Below, piece after piece: positions 34,533 to 44,504 of a stretch of DNA of 64,000 bases (its first letter is position 1; the number at the start of each line of letters is the position of its first letter). Where the stretch lies: sequence record PV764601.1; one strand, given 5' to 3'. The notes under the pieces were generated by a model, which had not been told where the DNA came from, did not search any database, and saw nothing but the letters and a program-made list of their open reading frames with translations. The position numbers and the translations under genes are program-made.

Positions 34533-34878
34533 GCTTGCAGCATGGCTACGCACCACCTACACCGAGCACCTCGAAGTGAAGGCGCTCAAGAAGCGCCGCA
34601 AGAAAGCCCTACATGAGTTCGGGTGGGACTTCCGTTGCAAGTGCGGCAAGTACGGCTTTGCCGACGGCCATGCAAAGTTTGCGATGGAGCATGAGAATGC
34701 GTGGGTGTACGAGAACGCTTGTGGCTGCATCGTGATCTTCGGTCTGCATGGCCCTCATCCACTACCGATTCCTGAACAGTGCCCCGAGTGGCGTGACCGC
34801 GTGGTGCAAGCCTACGCGGATTGGAAGGAACAACATCGGGAGGAGGCTAATGGCCTTGTCACGCAAGTTGCAGCGTAG
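34516..34878 (+). CDS. hypothetical protein
   Basis: GAGGA SD; CKCG..CGC. Confidence 0.6.
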   Translation: MRGFSKLAAWLRTTYTEHLEVKALKKRRKKALHEFGWDFRCKCGKYGFADGHAKFAMEHENAWVYENACGCIVIFGLHGPHPLPIPEQCPEWRDRVVQAYADWKEQHREEANGLVTQVAA

Positions 34879-35029
34879 TTTGGTTGCGTTGGCTCTTGCC
34901 TCGCATGTCGCTGCACCCACTTCCTATTCAGAGGAACCCCGCAAAGCCAAACCTCCTTCGCGCATGTCGTTGGAGCGTAAGCAGAAGCGGATGGAAAAGA
35001 AAGCCCGCCGGGAACTCGGCATACGTTAA
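34850..35029 (+). CDS. small basic hypothetical protein
   Basis: GGAGG SD. Confidence 0.5.
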   Translation: MALSRKLQRSLVALALASHVAAPTSYSEEPRKAKPPSRMSLERKQKRMEKKARRELGIR

Positions 35030-35041
35030 TTGAGGAACGCC

Positions 35042-35278
35042 ATGAACAAGCCATGTGATAGCTGCGGTATCGAAGTAGACGGGATGGACTACGAAGATCA
35101 GGCCGGATTGTGCGACGCCTGCTTGGACGATCCCTACTCCACGGATGACGAGCTTGATGACAACGAGCACTGCGCCGACTGCGGTGATCCGATTACGCAA
35201 GCTGAGTTCGACACCAACTTTGGTGTCTGCGACGACTGCTCGGACACCGTTGACGGGGATGAAGGGGAAGACGAATGA
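35042..35278 (+). CDS. small acidic protein with four CxxC motifs
   Basis: CDSC, CDAC, CADC, CDDC; GAGG SD. Confidence 0.65.
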   Translation: MNKPCDSCGIEVDGMDYEDQAGLCDACLDDPYSTDDELDDNEHCADCGDPITQAEFDTNFGVCDDCSDTVDGDEGEDE

Positions 35279-35754
35279 GCGCGAAGCCTCATACTGTCGT
35301 TCTCGGTGATGACTTGCGCGTCCGCTCTCAAGGTGTATCCCGACTTCAAGGTGGTGGCTATCTCATCAACGTGTCCGACATTGAAGACGACGATGGGCTG
35401 ACTTCAAAGGAGCGCAACTCAAAGCTGGAGCACGCCATCGAGCTTGGCTCCTTGGTAGAACTGAGTTCGGGTGTGCGCGCATTCGTTGTCCACTGCGGAC
35501 GCGACTGCGACAAAACTCCGCTCTACTGGATCAGCCTCTCACCCCAACCCCTGTTCTTTAAGGGTTCGATCTACAACGATCGGGGCATCACTCATGAATG
35601 CTTGTGGGGCAAGCTTGATGGAGGCTACTCCGAAGGTAGTGTCACCTTCATCGCAGGGCCCGAGCGTGCTTACGCAGAGCTTGAAGAGGACGGGTGGTAC
35701 AAGAATGGCAAGTGGGTTGAAAGCCCCTACTACGGATATGAGGTAAAGGAATGA
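35275..35754 (+). CDS. hypothetical protein
   Basis: ATGA coupling. Confidence 0.65.
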   Translation: MSAKPHTVVLGDDLRVRSQGVSRLQGGGYLINVSDIEDDDGLTSKERNSKLEHAIELGSLVELSSGVRAFVVHCGRDCDKTPLYWISLSPQPLFFKGSIYNDRGITHECLWGKLDGGYSEGSVTFIAGPERAYAELEEDGWYKNGKWVESPYYGYEVKE

Positions 35755-36704
35755 GCAGGCTCTACCGCGATGATCGTAACTATGCGTTCCCGAATGACTC
35801 TAATATGGATGGCCTGCTTTCGCGCAGGGAGGCCGCACGGATTATCAACCTGCTGACCAAGGCTGCCGAAGAAGAAGGCACTAACTTCTGGACGTGGAAC
35901 GACAACCCTCAAGTGATGATTGTGTGCCGCATGCACGGGCGTTACATACAGGAGCTTGCTGCGTCGCTGCGTCACCATATTTCCAACGAGGTTGGTCCAC
36001 TAGAAGGTGCTCACTGCCGGGCTCCTAGCGTAGGCTTGCTGCGTGCAACTGCCACCAAGGCAGACCGTGAGGCAGCACTGCGCAAGCAGATCGTACTTGT
36101 CCATCCGGACATGGCCACCGGCTTCCGGCTTCCCTTCCTTCGCGTCATCCTGTTCGTAGGTGGCCAGCCCACTAAGGATCGCACAGTGGCACAGACGCTT
36201 GGTAGGGCGGGATGCAATGGGCCGAACGTGGTTTCCTACACGTCCTACCCAGCACCGTTCATCGAGTATGGGATCACGTTGAAAGACAGTGGTGACCCCA
36301 ACTTCTACAAGCTTGGTGACAACACATGGTCGGCTCTGATCGCACGCATGGGCGGCGCTACACGACAAGACCCCACGGTCAAGTCACCCGACGAGCAGGT
36401 TGCTGAGTTGGAACAGCAAGTGCGTAGGTTGCATGACGAACTCGAAGCAATGGTTGTCGCTCACCGGAAGAAGGAGAACGCTTTGAGGGATCGTATCGCA
36501 GCCCTTGGCTGTCCAGTGGTGCCGGGCTACTATCGCATGGCCTGCATGGAGAACAACGAACACTACGAGTTGGTCAAGGTGTTCCCGGAGGCTGGTATTC
36601 TCAAAGTCGAGTGCCCTGACCTTGGCATCTTGGCATTGAGTGATTACCACAACGGCCTGACCGATCCGAAGTGGCGTTGGGAGTCTGCCCTCCTGAACGA
36701 CTAA
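35751..36704 (+). CDS. hypothetical protein with coiled coil
   Basis: AAGGA SD; last + strand gene. Confidence 0.7.
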   Translation: MSRLYRDDRNYAFPNDSNMDGLLSRREAARIINLLTKAAEEEGTNFWTWNDNPQVMIVCRMHGRYIQELAASLRHHISNEVGPLEGAHCRAPSVGLLRATATKADREAALRKQIVLVHPDMATGFRLPFLRVILFVGGQPTKDRTVAQTLGRAGCNGPNVVSYTSYPAPFIEYGITLKDSGDPNFYKLGDNTWSALIARMGGATRQDPTVKSPDEQVAELEQQVRRLHDELEAMVVAHRKKENALRDRIAALGCPVVPGYYRMACMENNEHYELVKVFPEAGILKVECPDLGILALSDYHNGLTDPKWRWESALLND

Positions 36705-36716
36705 ATCCCAGAAACG

Positions 36717-36745
36717 AGAAAAGGCGCCTAGGCGCCTTTTCTTTT
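36717..36745 (+). terminator. Palindromic (bidirectional) terminator
   Basis: AGAAAAGGCGCC-TA-GGCGCCTTTTCT perfect palindrome followed by TTT. Confidence 0.8.
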
Positions 36746-36882
36746 GCTCGGAATCCGGCAATTTTCTGCCAAGTTTGCTTGACAGCACCCCTACCACGTA
36801 CCCTGAAATTTGGGCTCAAATCCTTGCGTCTACAGGCCCTCCCGTTGCACCAAAGTGGCTTGTTGGAGCCCCTATTTTGGGC

Positions 36883-36908
36883 AAAAAGAAAGGGCCCGAA
36901 GGCCCTTT
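36883..36908 (-). terminator. Rho-independent terminator of the primase transcript
   Basis: Minus strand AAAGGGCC-TTCG-GGCCCTTT-CTTTTT. Confidence 0.8.
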
Positions 36909-36915
36909 ATTCGTA

Positions 36916-37944
36916 TCACTCATCACTTTCTGATACCCGCTCATACATCTTGCGCAGGCGTTCTAGGACTTCCTCTGGCATGTTGCCTGGGTCCATCTTC
37001 TTCCACTTCAACCTCTTGCGCCACTTGTTGAGGTTGAACACGTACACGTCAAAGTACCCGATCAGGTCAGGCTTGATCTTCTTGATCGCCTCGTTACCAG
37101 CCTTGTCACCATCCATACACAGGATGATACGTTCAACCCCAGCTTCCAGCAGCAGATCGCGCTTCTGCTTCGTCCAGTTGGTGACGCCTAGAATACTTAC
37201 GCCGGGAAGACCATCTTGGTACAACCGCAGGCCATCGCGTGGACCTTCTCCCAAAATAATCGTTGCCCCATCGCCGAGTTCCAGCGACTCATCCAGCAGG
37301 AACAGGCCCTTACGCTTTGTCCATTTGCCGGGGCTGTTGATATAGCTAGGGCTGCCGTCCTGCGGCTTCCACCGCGCCTTGACTGCCCCGACCAAATCTC
37401 CCTGCACATTGACTGGCAGGATCACCGCCTGATCTTCGGTCTCTTCGTCAAGACCATAGTGCGCCCCGATGCTTATCAATGTCTTCGACTTGATGCCGCG
37501 CCACTTGATACCCTTCTGCCACCCGAGGTGGAAAGGGATTCGCATTTGAGGACACAGGTGGTCAAGAGATTCGCCATCATCTTCCGCGAACATGCGATCA
37601 CTGAGCTTGTCGAAGTCCGGCTTCACTGCCCAAATGTCAGCGTCATCGCCTTCGCCATATCTCTCTAGTCCATACTTTGCTGCAATGTCATTCCAGTTCT
37701 TAGTCTTGCCGCAAGAGAAGCAATGACCAAATCCGACAGGGAATCTTTCGCCAGCAGCAAGGTTGAGCATGAAGGAGGGGTTGCCTACCATGCGTTCATT
37801 CGGGTCACCGTGGAACGGACACCAAATGTTGATCGTACCCTTGCTCTGATATTTCTTAGGCCCAGGCACCTTCGGCAAATTGCGCATGATGACTTCTGCT
37901 GCAACCGAATTCGGTGTGTCCTGTTCCTTCAATGGCTTCGCCAT
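36916..37944 (-). CDS. DNA primase (Zn finger plus TOPRIM)
   Basis: WCPFH..NPS..HCFSCG zinc-binding domain; GEGPRD and MDGDKAG TOPRIM motifs. Confidence 0.88.
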   Translation of the reverse strand: MAKPLKEQDTPNSVAAEVIMRNLPKVPGPKKYQSKGTINIWCPFHGDPNERMVGNPSFMLNLAAGERFPVGFGHCFSCGKTKNWNDIAAKYGLERYGEGDDADIWAVKPDFDKLSDRMFAEDDGESLDHLCPQMRIPFHLGWQKGIKWRGIKSKTLISIGAHYGLDEETEDQAVILPVNVQGDLVGAVKARWKPQDGSPSYINSPGKWTKRKGLFLLDESLELGDGATIILGEGPRDGLRLYQDGLPGVSILGVTNWTKQKRDLLLEAGVERIILCMDGDKAGNEAIKKIKPDLIGYFDVYVFNLNKWRKRLKWKKMDPGNMPEEVLERLRKMYERVSESDE

Positions 37945-37972
37945 CGTCAACTCTCCAAACGTACTCGCATAG

Positions 37973-37980
37973 TATTTACA
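37973..37980 (-). promoter_or_regulatory. TGTAAATA phage promoter motif
   Basis: Minus strand, upstream of primase. Confidence 0.65.
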
Positions 37981-38007
37981 GGAAGGCCATCCTTGGCCGG
38001 GTTTCCA

Positions 38008-39141
38008 TTAGAAATCTACGGCGATGATTTCGTCCTCGGGCATCACGAAGCGAAGCATGTTGACCTTGTACTGGCCGTTCTTCTCTTCCTGCAATGCCTT
38101 CTGAGTCTTGCCCATGTTGAGCCACTTGATTAGCCACGGCATCGGCATCTTGCGGGGAACAACGAAGTCAGGCTTGAGGCCAAACGTCGCGTAAGCATCG
38201 CCCGCAAAGTAACGCACCTGACTGCGCAGGTTGTCACCGTTGACACCAACGATCGGATCTTCATCAATGCCAGTGTAGGCGATCCAACTCATTTCACTTT
38301 CTACTGCCTCGTCCAGCAGGGCCTGAACCTTGTGCCCGCAACGCTGCATGAAAGCCTGACCACACGGCAGGGACAGTTCATGCTTGATGACGTACTTGTC
38401 AAACTGGACATGTACTTCATGCTCATCCTGACAAATCTTCTGCACCGCCGTAGCGATGGGGACGAACATGCCCGCCTTACCAAACGCGAAGGTGATGACG
38501 AACGAACTCATGAACGCAATTCGTTCCATCGCCAGCATCGCGGCCATAAACATCATGGCAGCATCGTAAGCCTCATCCGAGTTGCGGTCGATCATGCCAA
38601 GGGCAACCTTGTGGCTGACCACGTAGCTTTCTTCCATCACGTTAGTGATAGTGGTCAAGCGGCGCATGGCTTCCATGTTATCGACCACGCTCTGCATCAC
38701 TTCGGTGGGATCATCGAACGAGAAGTTGACGATCTCCGAGTAGGTAGCAGCGTGCAGGTGCTCGTTGTCGAGAATGCGACCAAGCAGACGCGCGGCGGTG
38801 GAGTCCGTGATGAACGGTGCCAGCACTGCGAACGCCATCTTGGCTGCGACGCTATCCGCTTCCCACTGCCACGCCAGCGTATCCTTCATCATGTTGGACA
38901 GGCGACGTGGGTAACGCTTGAACTCTGCGTTGCAGGGAAGGAACTCAAACTCCGTTTCCTTCCAGTCGATACTGCGCAGGTGGACGAACAGCTTTTGCAG
39001 GGTCGGGTGCTTCTTGTGCAGCGTGTCGAACAGGCCAGCGTCCTGACCTTTGAAGATACTGGTCTTCTCTGCGTAATCAACTTTGGAGAAGTTGAAAATC
39101 TTGCTGCCAGCAACGGACTGATTGATTTCGGTACTCATCAT
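38008..39141 (-). CDS. nrdB: Ribonucleotide reductase class Ia beta subunit
   Basis: WEAD, DNEHLHAATYS, ERIAFMSSF and QDEHEVH di-iron ligands; C-terminal Tyr. Confidence 0.9.
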   Translation of the reverse strand: MMSTEINQSVAGSKIFNFSKVDYAEKTSIFKGQDAGLFDTLHKKHPTLQKLFVHLRSIDWKETEFEFLPCNAEFKRYPRRLSNMMKDTLAWQWEADSVAAKMAFAVLAPFITDSTAARLLGRILDNEHLHAATYSEIVNFSFDDPTEVMQSVVDNMEAMRRLTTITNVMEESYVVSHKVALGMIDRNSDEAYDAAMMFMAAMLAMERIAFMSSFVITFAFGKAGMFVPIATAVQKICQDEHEVHVQFDKYVIKHELSLPCGQAFMQRCGHKVQALLDEAVESEMSWIAYTGIDEDPIVGVNGDNLRSQVRYFAGDAYATFGLKPDFVVPRKMPMPWLIKWLNMGKTQKALQEEKNGQYKVNMLRFVMPEDEIIAVDF

Positions 39142-39148
39142 GTTCTCC

Positions 39149-41743
39149 TTAAACGTCGCACGCGCCGCTGGTGCAGGCGTTCTCTTTTTCGGTTTCGACC
39201 AGCGTAACTTCGCCGTCGTCACCAACGATGGAGGTCATGCTGTTGAAGTAGTACCGAGTCTTCATGCCGTAGCGAGTCATATCAATCATGTGTTGCAGCA
39301 GATCACGATCCGTAATGGATGCGTCTGCCTCCAGCTTGAGCCACATATCAGCACTGATGGCCTGATCGCAGAACTTCTGGAAGATGCCGTACACCTTGAC
39401 CATATCCGACATGGGAATATCCCACGCCAGCTGGTAGTGACGACGCAGCTTCACGTCATCGTTTGCCACCCACTCAAGTGCCGAACCACGATCCGTCTTG
39501 GACAGGTCAAGCCCACGAACAGGGTACAGCGAGTTGGGACCACCGGAAGCTTTCGAGGAACTCTCCACAGGCATGTGCGCGCACACGACCGAGTGGCGAA
39601 TACCACCATTGGCAATCACTTCTGCACGCAGGCTTTCCCAATCCTGTTCCAGCGGGAAGTCAGCGTACTCATCGATCCGATGGTTGTAGGTGTCGATGGG
39701 CATCCAACCCTGCGGCCACTTGGTACGGTGCATCCACGGTGCGTTTCCGAGTTCCTTACCGAGGCGCAGCGAAGCCTTGATGAGGGCATACATGTGACGC
39801 TCGGCCAGTCGATGCAGTTCACGCATACCTTCCGGCGAGTTGAACTTGAGCTTCTTGCGAGCCATGTAGTACGCAACACCCGTCATACCAACGCCAGCAG
39901 ACAGGCGTTGACGGCTGCTCCATGCAACGTGAGGCAGCGGATGATCCGACAGGTGGATAGCCTTGTCGATCATCTTGAGGGCGTAGTAAGCAGCGTCCTC
40001 GTACTCTTCCTGGGAATGGATGTTGTGCACGCACAGCGCAGCCAGCGAGCACATTGCGACTTCCGGTTCTTTCTTGAGCTTGACAATCTTGTAGACCGTC
40101 TGCGGTTCATCCCACGTCCGCTGCTCAATGCGCCCATCCCGCATACGCATTTCAAGCGTCTGCCCCTCCAGAATAATGTCGCCATCCTGGATTTCCTGTG
40201 CGGCAATGAAAATGTCCTGAATGCTTTCAATGAACGGCCCCGGGATAAGGTGGCCCTTCTCATCCCGATACGAGACAAGCTTGCCGGGGTGTTCGTGACG
40301 TGCGTACTTGCGGACCGAGCGGCGGACCTTGACCTTACTAGGTGCAGTAAGGGTCAGATCGCAGTTGGTCATTTCCAGTTCGACGTAGCCAACCGGGCCA
40401 TTGGTATACAGGTCAGGCATCGACTCGTAACCGTAGGTCGGTTCAGTGATTTCAGCGCACAGGTTGCTGCTGTAGATGGAGTCGTTGAACGGAGTGTGGA
40501 TGTTCACCTCGTCGCTGTTGAACAGGTACAGGCGACCCGTCTCTAGGCCAACGTTGATGACATTCACCGCCAGCTTACGAGCGCTGACGTACTTCTTGAC
40601 GAACGAATCGTCGGCCTCGTACTTGGCGTACAGGGACTCGAACAATTCGGGGTTACCTTGGAACTGCGCCTCCCACAGATCAGGAGCCGACTTGATGTTG
40701 AACAGGAACACCTGCTTATTCAGCGCAGCTTGACGCACGAAGAACCGATTGAAGATGACGTTGTAGTCAATGTCAAGGTTCTGTTTCTCTTCCGGGGTAA
40801 GCGGGTGCTTGAGGCGAATCAGCACTTCAATCTCAGGGTCGTAGACCGAGAAGTAAGTAGTGCACGCACCACCGCGACCGTTCTGCAAGCTGGACTTCAC
40901 AGCGCCAGCCAGTGCAGTGTAGTAGGGCAGCTTACCCTGATGCTCGATCAAACCACCACGCACCTTGTCGCTCAGGCTCCGGCTCTGGATGATGCCGCCG
41001 ATGCCTGCACTCTGCGCCGTCATGGCGCGCGCGATATGGTCGCCCACTTCCAACGAGGGTTCCGTGTCCAGCGTGGTATACAGACAGCACGACGCGTAAC
41101 CACGATGCGACGTACCGAGGTTGACCCAATTAGGGGTCGGAGCGTTGATGCGGTTGTACGAGAAGTGGTCGTACCACTTCCGGGTGTGCTCAAGGCGAGT
41201 TGCCTTGGGTTCATCGTGCGCAAGCGAACTCGCCATGCGCATAAAGGTGAACTGCGGAGTTTCGTACTCCTTACCTGCAACGCGGTCGCGCAGCGAATAC
41301 TTCCTGCGGATGTGATCCGTCTGGAAGTACGCATAGCCAAAGTCTCGGTCATGGTCAATCATGCCCTCGATCTTTTCCCAATCAGCATCGGTGTAGTCAT
41401 AACGTTCGACCACATCACCGAGGTGTTCAGCCATACGCTCTTGCAGTTCGCGGTAGGTCGGAACCTTACCGTCGAACAGTTGCTTGCGACGCAGTGCGGT
41501 GTAGAGACGTCCCGCCATACGATTGTGTGCCCAATCCGCTTGGTCCAGACAGGCTTGGATGAGCGCCAGTTGCAGCTTCTCACTATCGCAGTATTCAGGC
41601 AGACCCGCCACAGCAGTCATCACAACGCCGGACCAATCTACGTAACCGCCTAGGGATTGCGCTGCCCACACGCCCCATCCATTGATCTTCTCCGGGCTAA
41701 AATCTTCTACTCGCCCGTCCCGCTTGATAATCGTCTTAATCAT
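39149..41743 (-). CDS. nrdA: Ribonucleotide reductase class Ia alpha subunit with ATP cone and ~110-aa insertion
   Basis: KRDG ATP cone, PTP, ASCCL, SNLCAEI, AMCSL, MPVESSS, KTRYY and C-terminal CTSGAC. Confidence 0.95.
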   Translation of the reverse strand: MIKTIIKRDGRVEDFSPEKINGWGVWAAQSLGGYVDWSGVVMTAVAGLPEYCDSEKLQLALIQACLDQADWAHNRMAGRLYTALRRKQLFDGKVPTYRELQERMAEHLGDVVERYDYTDADWEKIEGMIDHDRDFGYAYFQTDHIRRKYSLRDRVAGKEYETPQFTFMRMASSLAHDEPKATRLEHTRKWYDHFSYNRINAPTPNWVNLGTSHRGYASCCLYTTLDTEPSLEVGDHIARAMTAQSAGIGGIIQSRSLSDKVRGGLIEHQGKLPYYTALAGAVKSSLQNGRGGACTTYFSVYDPEIEVLIRLKHPLTPEEKQNLDIDYNVIFNRFFVRQAALNKQVFLFNIKSAPDLWEAQFQGNPELFESLYAKYEADDSFVKKYVSARKLAVNVINVGLETGRLYLFNSDEVNIHTPFNDSIYSSNLCAEITEPTYGYESMPDLYTNGPVGYVELEMTNCDLTLTAPSKVKVRRSVRKYARHEHPGKLVSYRDEKGHLIPGPFIESIQDIFIAAQEIQDGDIILEGQTLEMRMRDGRIEQRTWDEPQTVYKIVKLKKEPEVAMCSLAALCVHNIHSQEEYEDAAYYALKMIDKAIHLSDHPLPHVAWSSRQRLSAGVGMTGVAYYMARKKLKFNSPEGMRELHRLAERHMYALIKASLRLGKELGNAPWMHRTKWPQGWMPIDTYNHRIDEYADFPLEQDWESLRAEVIANGGIRHSVVCAHMPVESSSKASGGPNSLYPVRGLDLSKTDRGSALEWVANDDVKLRRHYQLAWDIPMSDMVKVYGIFQKFCDQAISADMWLKLEADASITDRDLLQHMIDMTRYGMKTRYYFNSMTSIVGDDGEVTLVETEKENACTSGACDV

Positions 41744-41818
41744 GGTTCACCTGCAACCGCCGACGTAGTTGGGTGTCAGCCCTGTACGCCCTTGGTCTAT
41801 TAGTTGGATTTAATTCAC

Positions 41819-42160
41819 TTACGCTTCACAGCTGGACAGCAGATGCTGGTCAACTGCACTGATGAAAGGCACCGCGCCAGTAAAGCTGTTGAGACGGTAC
41901 ACTTCGTCCCCATACCGATACAGCAGAGTGGTAGGGGCTGCACGTGCTACAGTGATGAATTCATCACGGCCGATCTTCTCCAACTTGACGTTAGCAACAA
42001 CCACCTCAGTGTACTCCGCCTTGCTACGCATGTTCTGCAAGGTAATATCCAGAGCGTTGCAGCCGGGGCAGTTGTCCTTACCGAACTTGGCGATCACCAG
42101 CGGGTTGCTGGCGACCACTTCATCCAGATGGTCAAGTGATTCAATGGAGATTTCTTTCAT
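41819..42160 (-). CDS. Thioredoxin/glutaredoxin-like RNR reductant
   Basis: CPGC active site, cis-Pro region APTT; next to nrdA. Confidence 0.85.
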   Translation of the reverse strand: MKEISIESLDHLDEVVASNPLVIAKFGKDNCPGCNALDITLQNMRSKAEYTEVVVANVKLEKIGRDEFITVARAAPTTLLYRYGDEVYRLNSFTGAVPFISAVDQHLLSSCEA

Positions 42161-42220
42161 GGTCAGTAGTCCGATGAGTTTGGGAATGCCCTCAGAGGGG
42201 CAAGATGAAATTGCAAAATT

Positions 42221-43054
42221 TCATTCCTTCAACCGCTTCTCTTTCTGGCGGGTGTCATACAGTTCTTTGACCGTCTTTTGAACCACATGATACTTGCCAA
42301 GTTTGCGGACAACACTCATCGTATACCGGAGGTCAAACACAGCCACTCCGTACTTCGCACTCAACTTCTTGTAGCTCACCGCCTTACCCGCTTCCGTCCT
42401 GCTCAGGACTTCGCGGAATGCCTCGCGTGCCTTGTCCATTGGCGTCATGGCTTCGACCAACTTGGCAAGTGCGGCGGGAACCTTCTTGTAGTTACCGTCT
42501 TCCATGATCTTGGATTGCAGCGCACTGACAGGAGCGTCAGAGAACAACCATGTGTATACCAGCTTCTGATAGTGCTGCCTGTTGTCAGGGTCACGCACAG
42601 AATGCAGGAACGTCATGATCGGATTCAGGATGCTGGTAAGCTGCTGGTTCATCAAACGCGGAGCGACTTCAATTCGCTCCCACTCAATGTCAACAGACTT
42701 TGCCCCGAACGCCTTGTCCAGTTCTTCACTGACCAATCCCTGAGTCAGCTTACGGAACGCACACTTGTAGCTAGGACGCTGATACTCAATGTCCAGATGC
42801 GTTGCCGGTTGGATCATCGTGCACTGGAGCGGGGCGTCAAACACAATCACCACCGACTTCATCTTGGCCAACTTCTCCCGTGCGCTATACAGCATGGAGG
42901 AAGCGGGCAGCAACAGCACGTCTGCGTCACGCAGCTTTTCTCCGAAGCCAATCAATTCGACTTTCGGTTTCTTTGGATGACCCTCAGCCCATCGGTTGAC
43001 GAGCTTGAGGGTATCCGCGATGCAATTGTTGGAAACAGTCAGTACAGCCTTCAT
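42221..43054 (-). CDS. hypothetical protein
   Basis: 277-aa ORF, TAATG coupling. Confidence 0.7.
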   Translation of the reverse strand: MKAVLTVSNNCIADTLKLVNRWAEGHPKKPKVELIGFGEKLRDADVLLLPASSMLYSAREKLAKMKSVVIVFDAPLQCTMIQPATHLDIEYQRPSYKCAFRKLTQGLVSEELDKAFGAKSVDIEWERIEVAPRLMNQQLTSILNPIMTFLHSVRDPDNRQHYQKLVYTWLFSDAPVSALQSKIMEDGNYKKVPAALAKLVEAMTPMDKAREAFREVLSRTEAGKAVSYKKLSAKYGVAVFDLRYTMSVVRKLGKYHVVQKTVKELYDTRQKEKRLKE

Positions 43055-43863
43055 TACTTGGAAGCGAGGAGTTCAAAGATGGGTGCGTCTTCCGGCAAGG
43101 GCTGGAAGCGCGGCTCGAAGAAGTTGCTGGACTTGAGGAACTTACCAGCAGGGTAGTCCTTGCCATCAGTGCCCTTCTGATCCTTGGCCGACTTGAGGAC
43201 AAAGTATTCCACGTCGTTGATGGTGTTCGGGAAGATTTCCACTTCGACACCAACGGTACGCCAGTAGCGACCGACGCCTTCCTCAGCCACACTGCGGTCG
43301 GTGTCGAACTTGCTCATGTTCGACTCGTACACGGCCTGCTGATCGGCAGCAATGTCAACACCGAACATGGAAGACAGTAGGTAGGCAGAGCGGCGCAGTA
43401 TATCACAGCTGGCAATGGTATCCTTGATCCAAGCTTCGTTGGCCTGTTCCTTCGTGGAAGTGTGGTTCTTGAATGCCATGCCGTCCAATTGATCCTGGGT
43501 CAGGCCACCGACGACAGCAAGGAAGTTGATCTGAGCGTTGATCTGCTCCAGTACGATACTCAGCAGGGAAGGTGCGCTCTTGACCTCGTACACTGCGGAA
43601 ACATCCGCAGCAGCCTTTGCCACTTCTTCCAGATCGGCACCATCGATGCCGAGACGATGGTACATGCCGTCGGTGGTAACGATCACGTCGCTCAGACCGT
43701 CACGAACTTCGGTAATGTCCTTGGCCAGAATAGCAGCCATCAACTCTTCCGCTTCCTGCTTGATGATCCGACCCTGCGAGGTCAAAATGCGCAGCAGCGG
43801 GTGGGCGTTCGGGGTATTGCCTACGAGGTTATTGACGTTGGCATTGAGTTGCTGATGAGACAT
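43054..43863 (-). CDS. MazG/PRA-PH-like NTP pyrophosphohydrolase
   Basis: IKQEAEEL..EVRDGLSDV..G, VYESNMSK and GKFLKS..FFEP motifs. Confidence 0.75.
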   Translation of the reverse strand: MSHQQLNANVNNLVGNTPNAHPLLRILTSQGRIIKQEAEELMAAILAKDITEVRDGLSDVIVTTDGMYHRLGIDGADLEEVAKAAADVSAVYEVKSAPSLLSIVLEQINAQINFLAVVGGLTQDQLDGMAFKNHTSTKEQANEAWIKDTIASCDILRRSAYLLSSMFGVDIAADQQAVYESNMSKFDTDRSVAEEGVGRYWRTVGVEVEIFPNTINDVEYFVLKSAKDQKGTDGKDYPAGKFLKSSNFFEPRFQPLPEDAPIFELLASK

Positions 43864-43922
43864 GGAAACTCCGATTGGGAAATGAAAAATGAGCGGCATG
43901 CCGGAGCATACCACCCATAGGT

Positions 43923-43930
43923 TATTTACA
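43923..43930 (-). promoter_or_regulatory. TGTAAATA phage promoter motif
   Basis: Minus strand, overlapping the upstream stop. Confidence 0.6.
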
Positions 43931-44504
43931 CTATTGAAACTGCGGTAATGTCCTGCGTTTCCTTGTACTGCTGGAGGGCCTTTACGTACCACTTTGGAGC
44001 AGGGCGTGCTCGACTCCACCTAGCAAAGCTAGACTTGTCGGCCACGTAGAAACGGCGATACGTCTCCACTGCACAATCCGTGATGCACTCAGGCACCTTG
44101 TTCACAGCCAGCACAAAGTCCTCCGGTTCCCCCTCAACGTCCTGCACCCTTTCCATAGTAGGCAAGCGGCGCAACGCGGGTAGCATTTGGATCACGTTTG
44201 CGTACTTGCCATCCTTCAAGCCGTCGTACCGATAGTCGTACTCTTTGAGCATCGCTCTGAGCAGGCGGTAGCCCCAAGCGTAGTTCCGAGGGTCTTCCAT
44301 CAGCCATACCGTGCAGGGATGCTTTGCGTGCGATGCGTTGAGCTTGAACGGGATGTTGCGCTCTACCCACTTCTTCCTCTTGTTCCGAAGGTGGTGGACA
44401 AAGCACAGCATCTGTGCTTGCTCAACGATCATTTTGGTGACGTGTTGGTCACACATCATCCGAGCAGCGATGGTTGGCTTGTGGTGCAGGACAAAGATAT
44501 TCAT
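43926..44504 (-). CDS. Pyrimidine-dimer DNA glycosylase/endonuclease V-like protein
   Basis: MNIFVL..AA...CDQHVTKMIVEQAQML, HAKHPCTVW, NYAW, YRRFY..DK..FARW. Confidence 0.8.
   Translation of the reverse strand: MNIFVLHHKPTIAARMMCDQHVTKMIVEQAQMLCFVHHLRNKRKKWVERNIPFKLNASHAKHPCTVWLMEDPRNYAWGYRLLRAMLKEYDYRYDGLKDGKYANVIQMLPALRRLPTMERVQDVEGEPEDFVLAVNKVPECITDCAVETYRRFYVADKSSFARWSRARPAPKWYVKALQQYKETQDITAVSIV

Noticed and set aside
40049-40459. A functional intein in nrdA
   Set aside because: There is no C-terminal (H)N followed by C/S/T and no homing endonuclease motifs. It is kept only as a possible degenerate remnant.
41744-41818. NrdR box or riboswitch upstream of nrdA
   Set aside because: I could see no match to the NrdR consensus and no convincing conserved structure.
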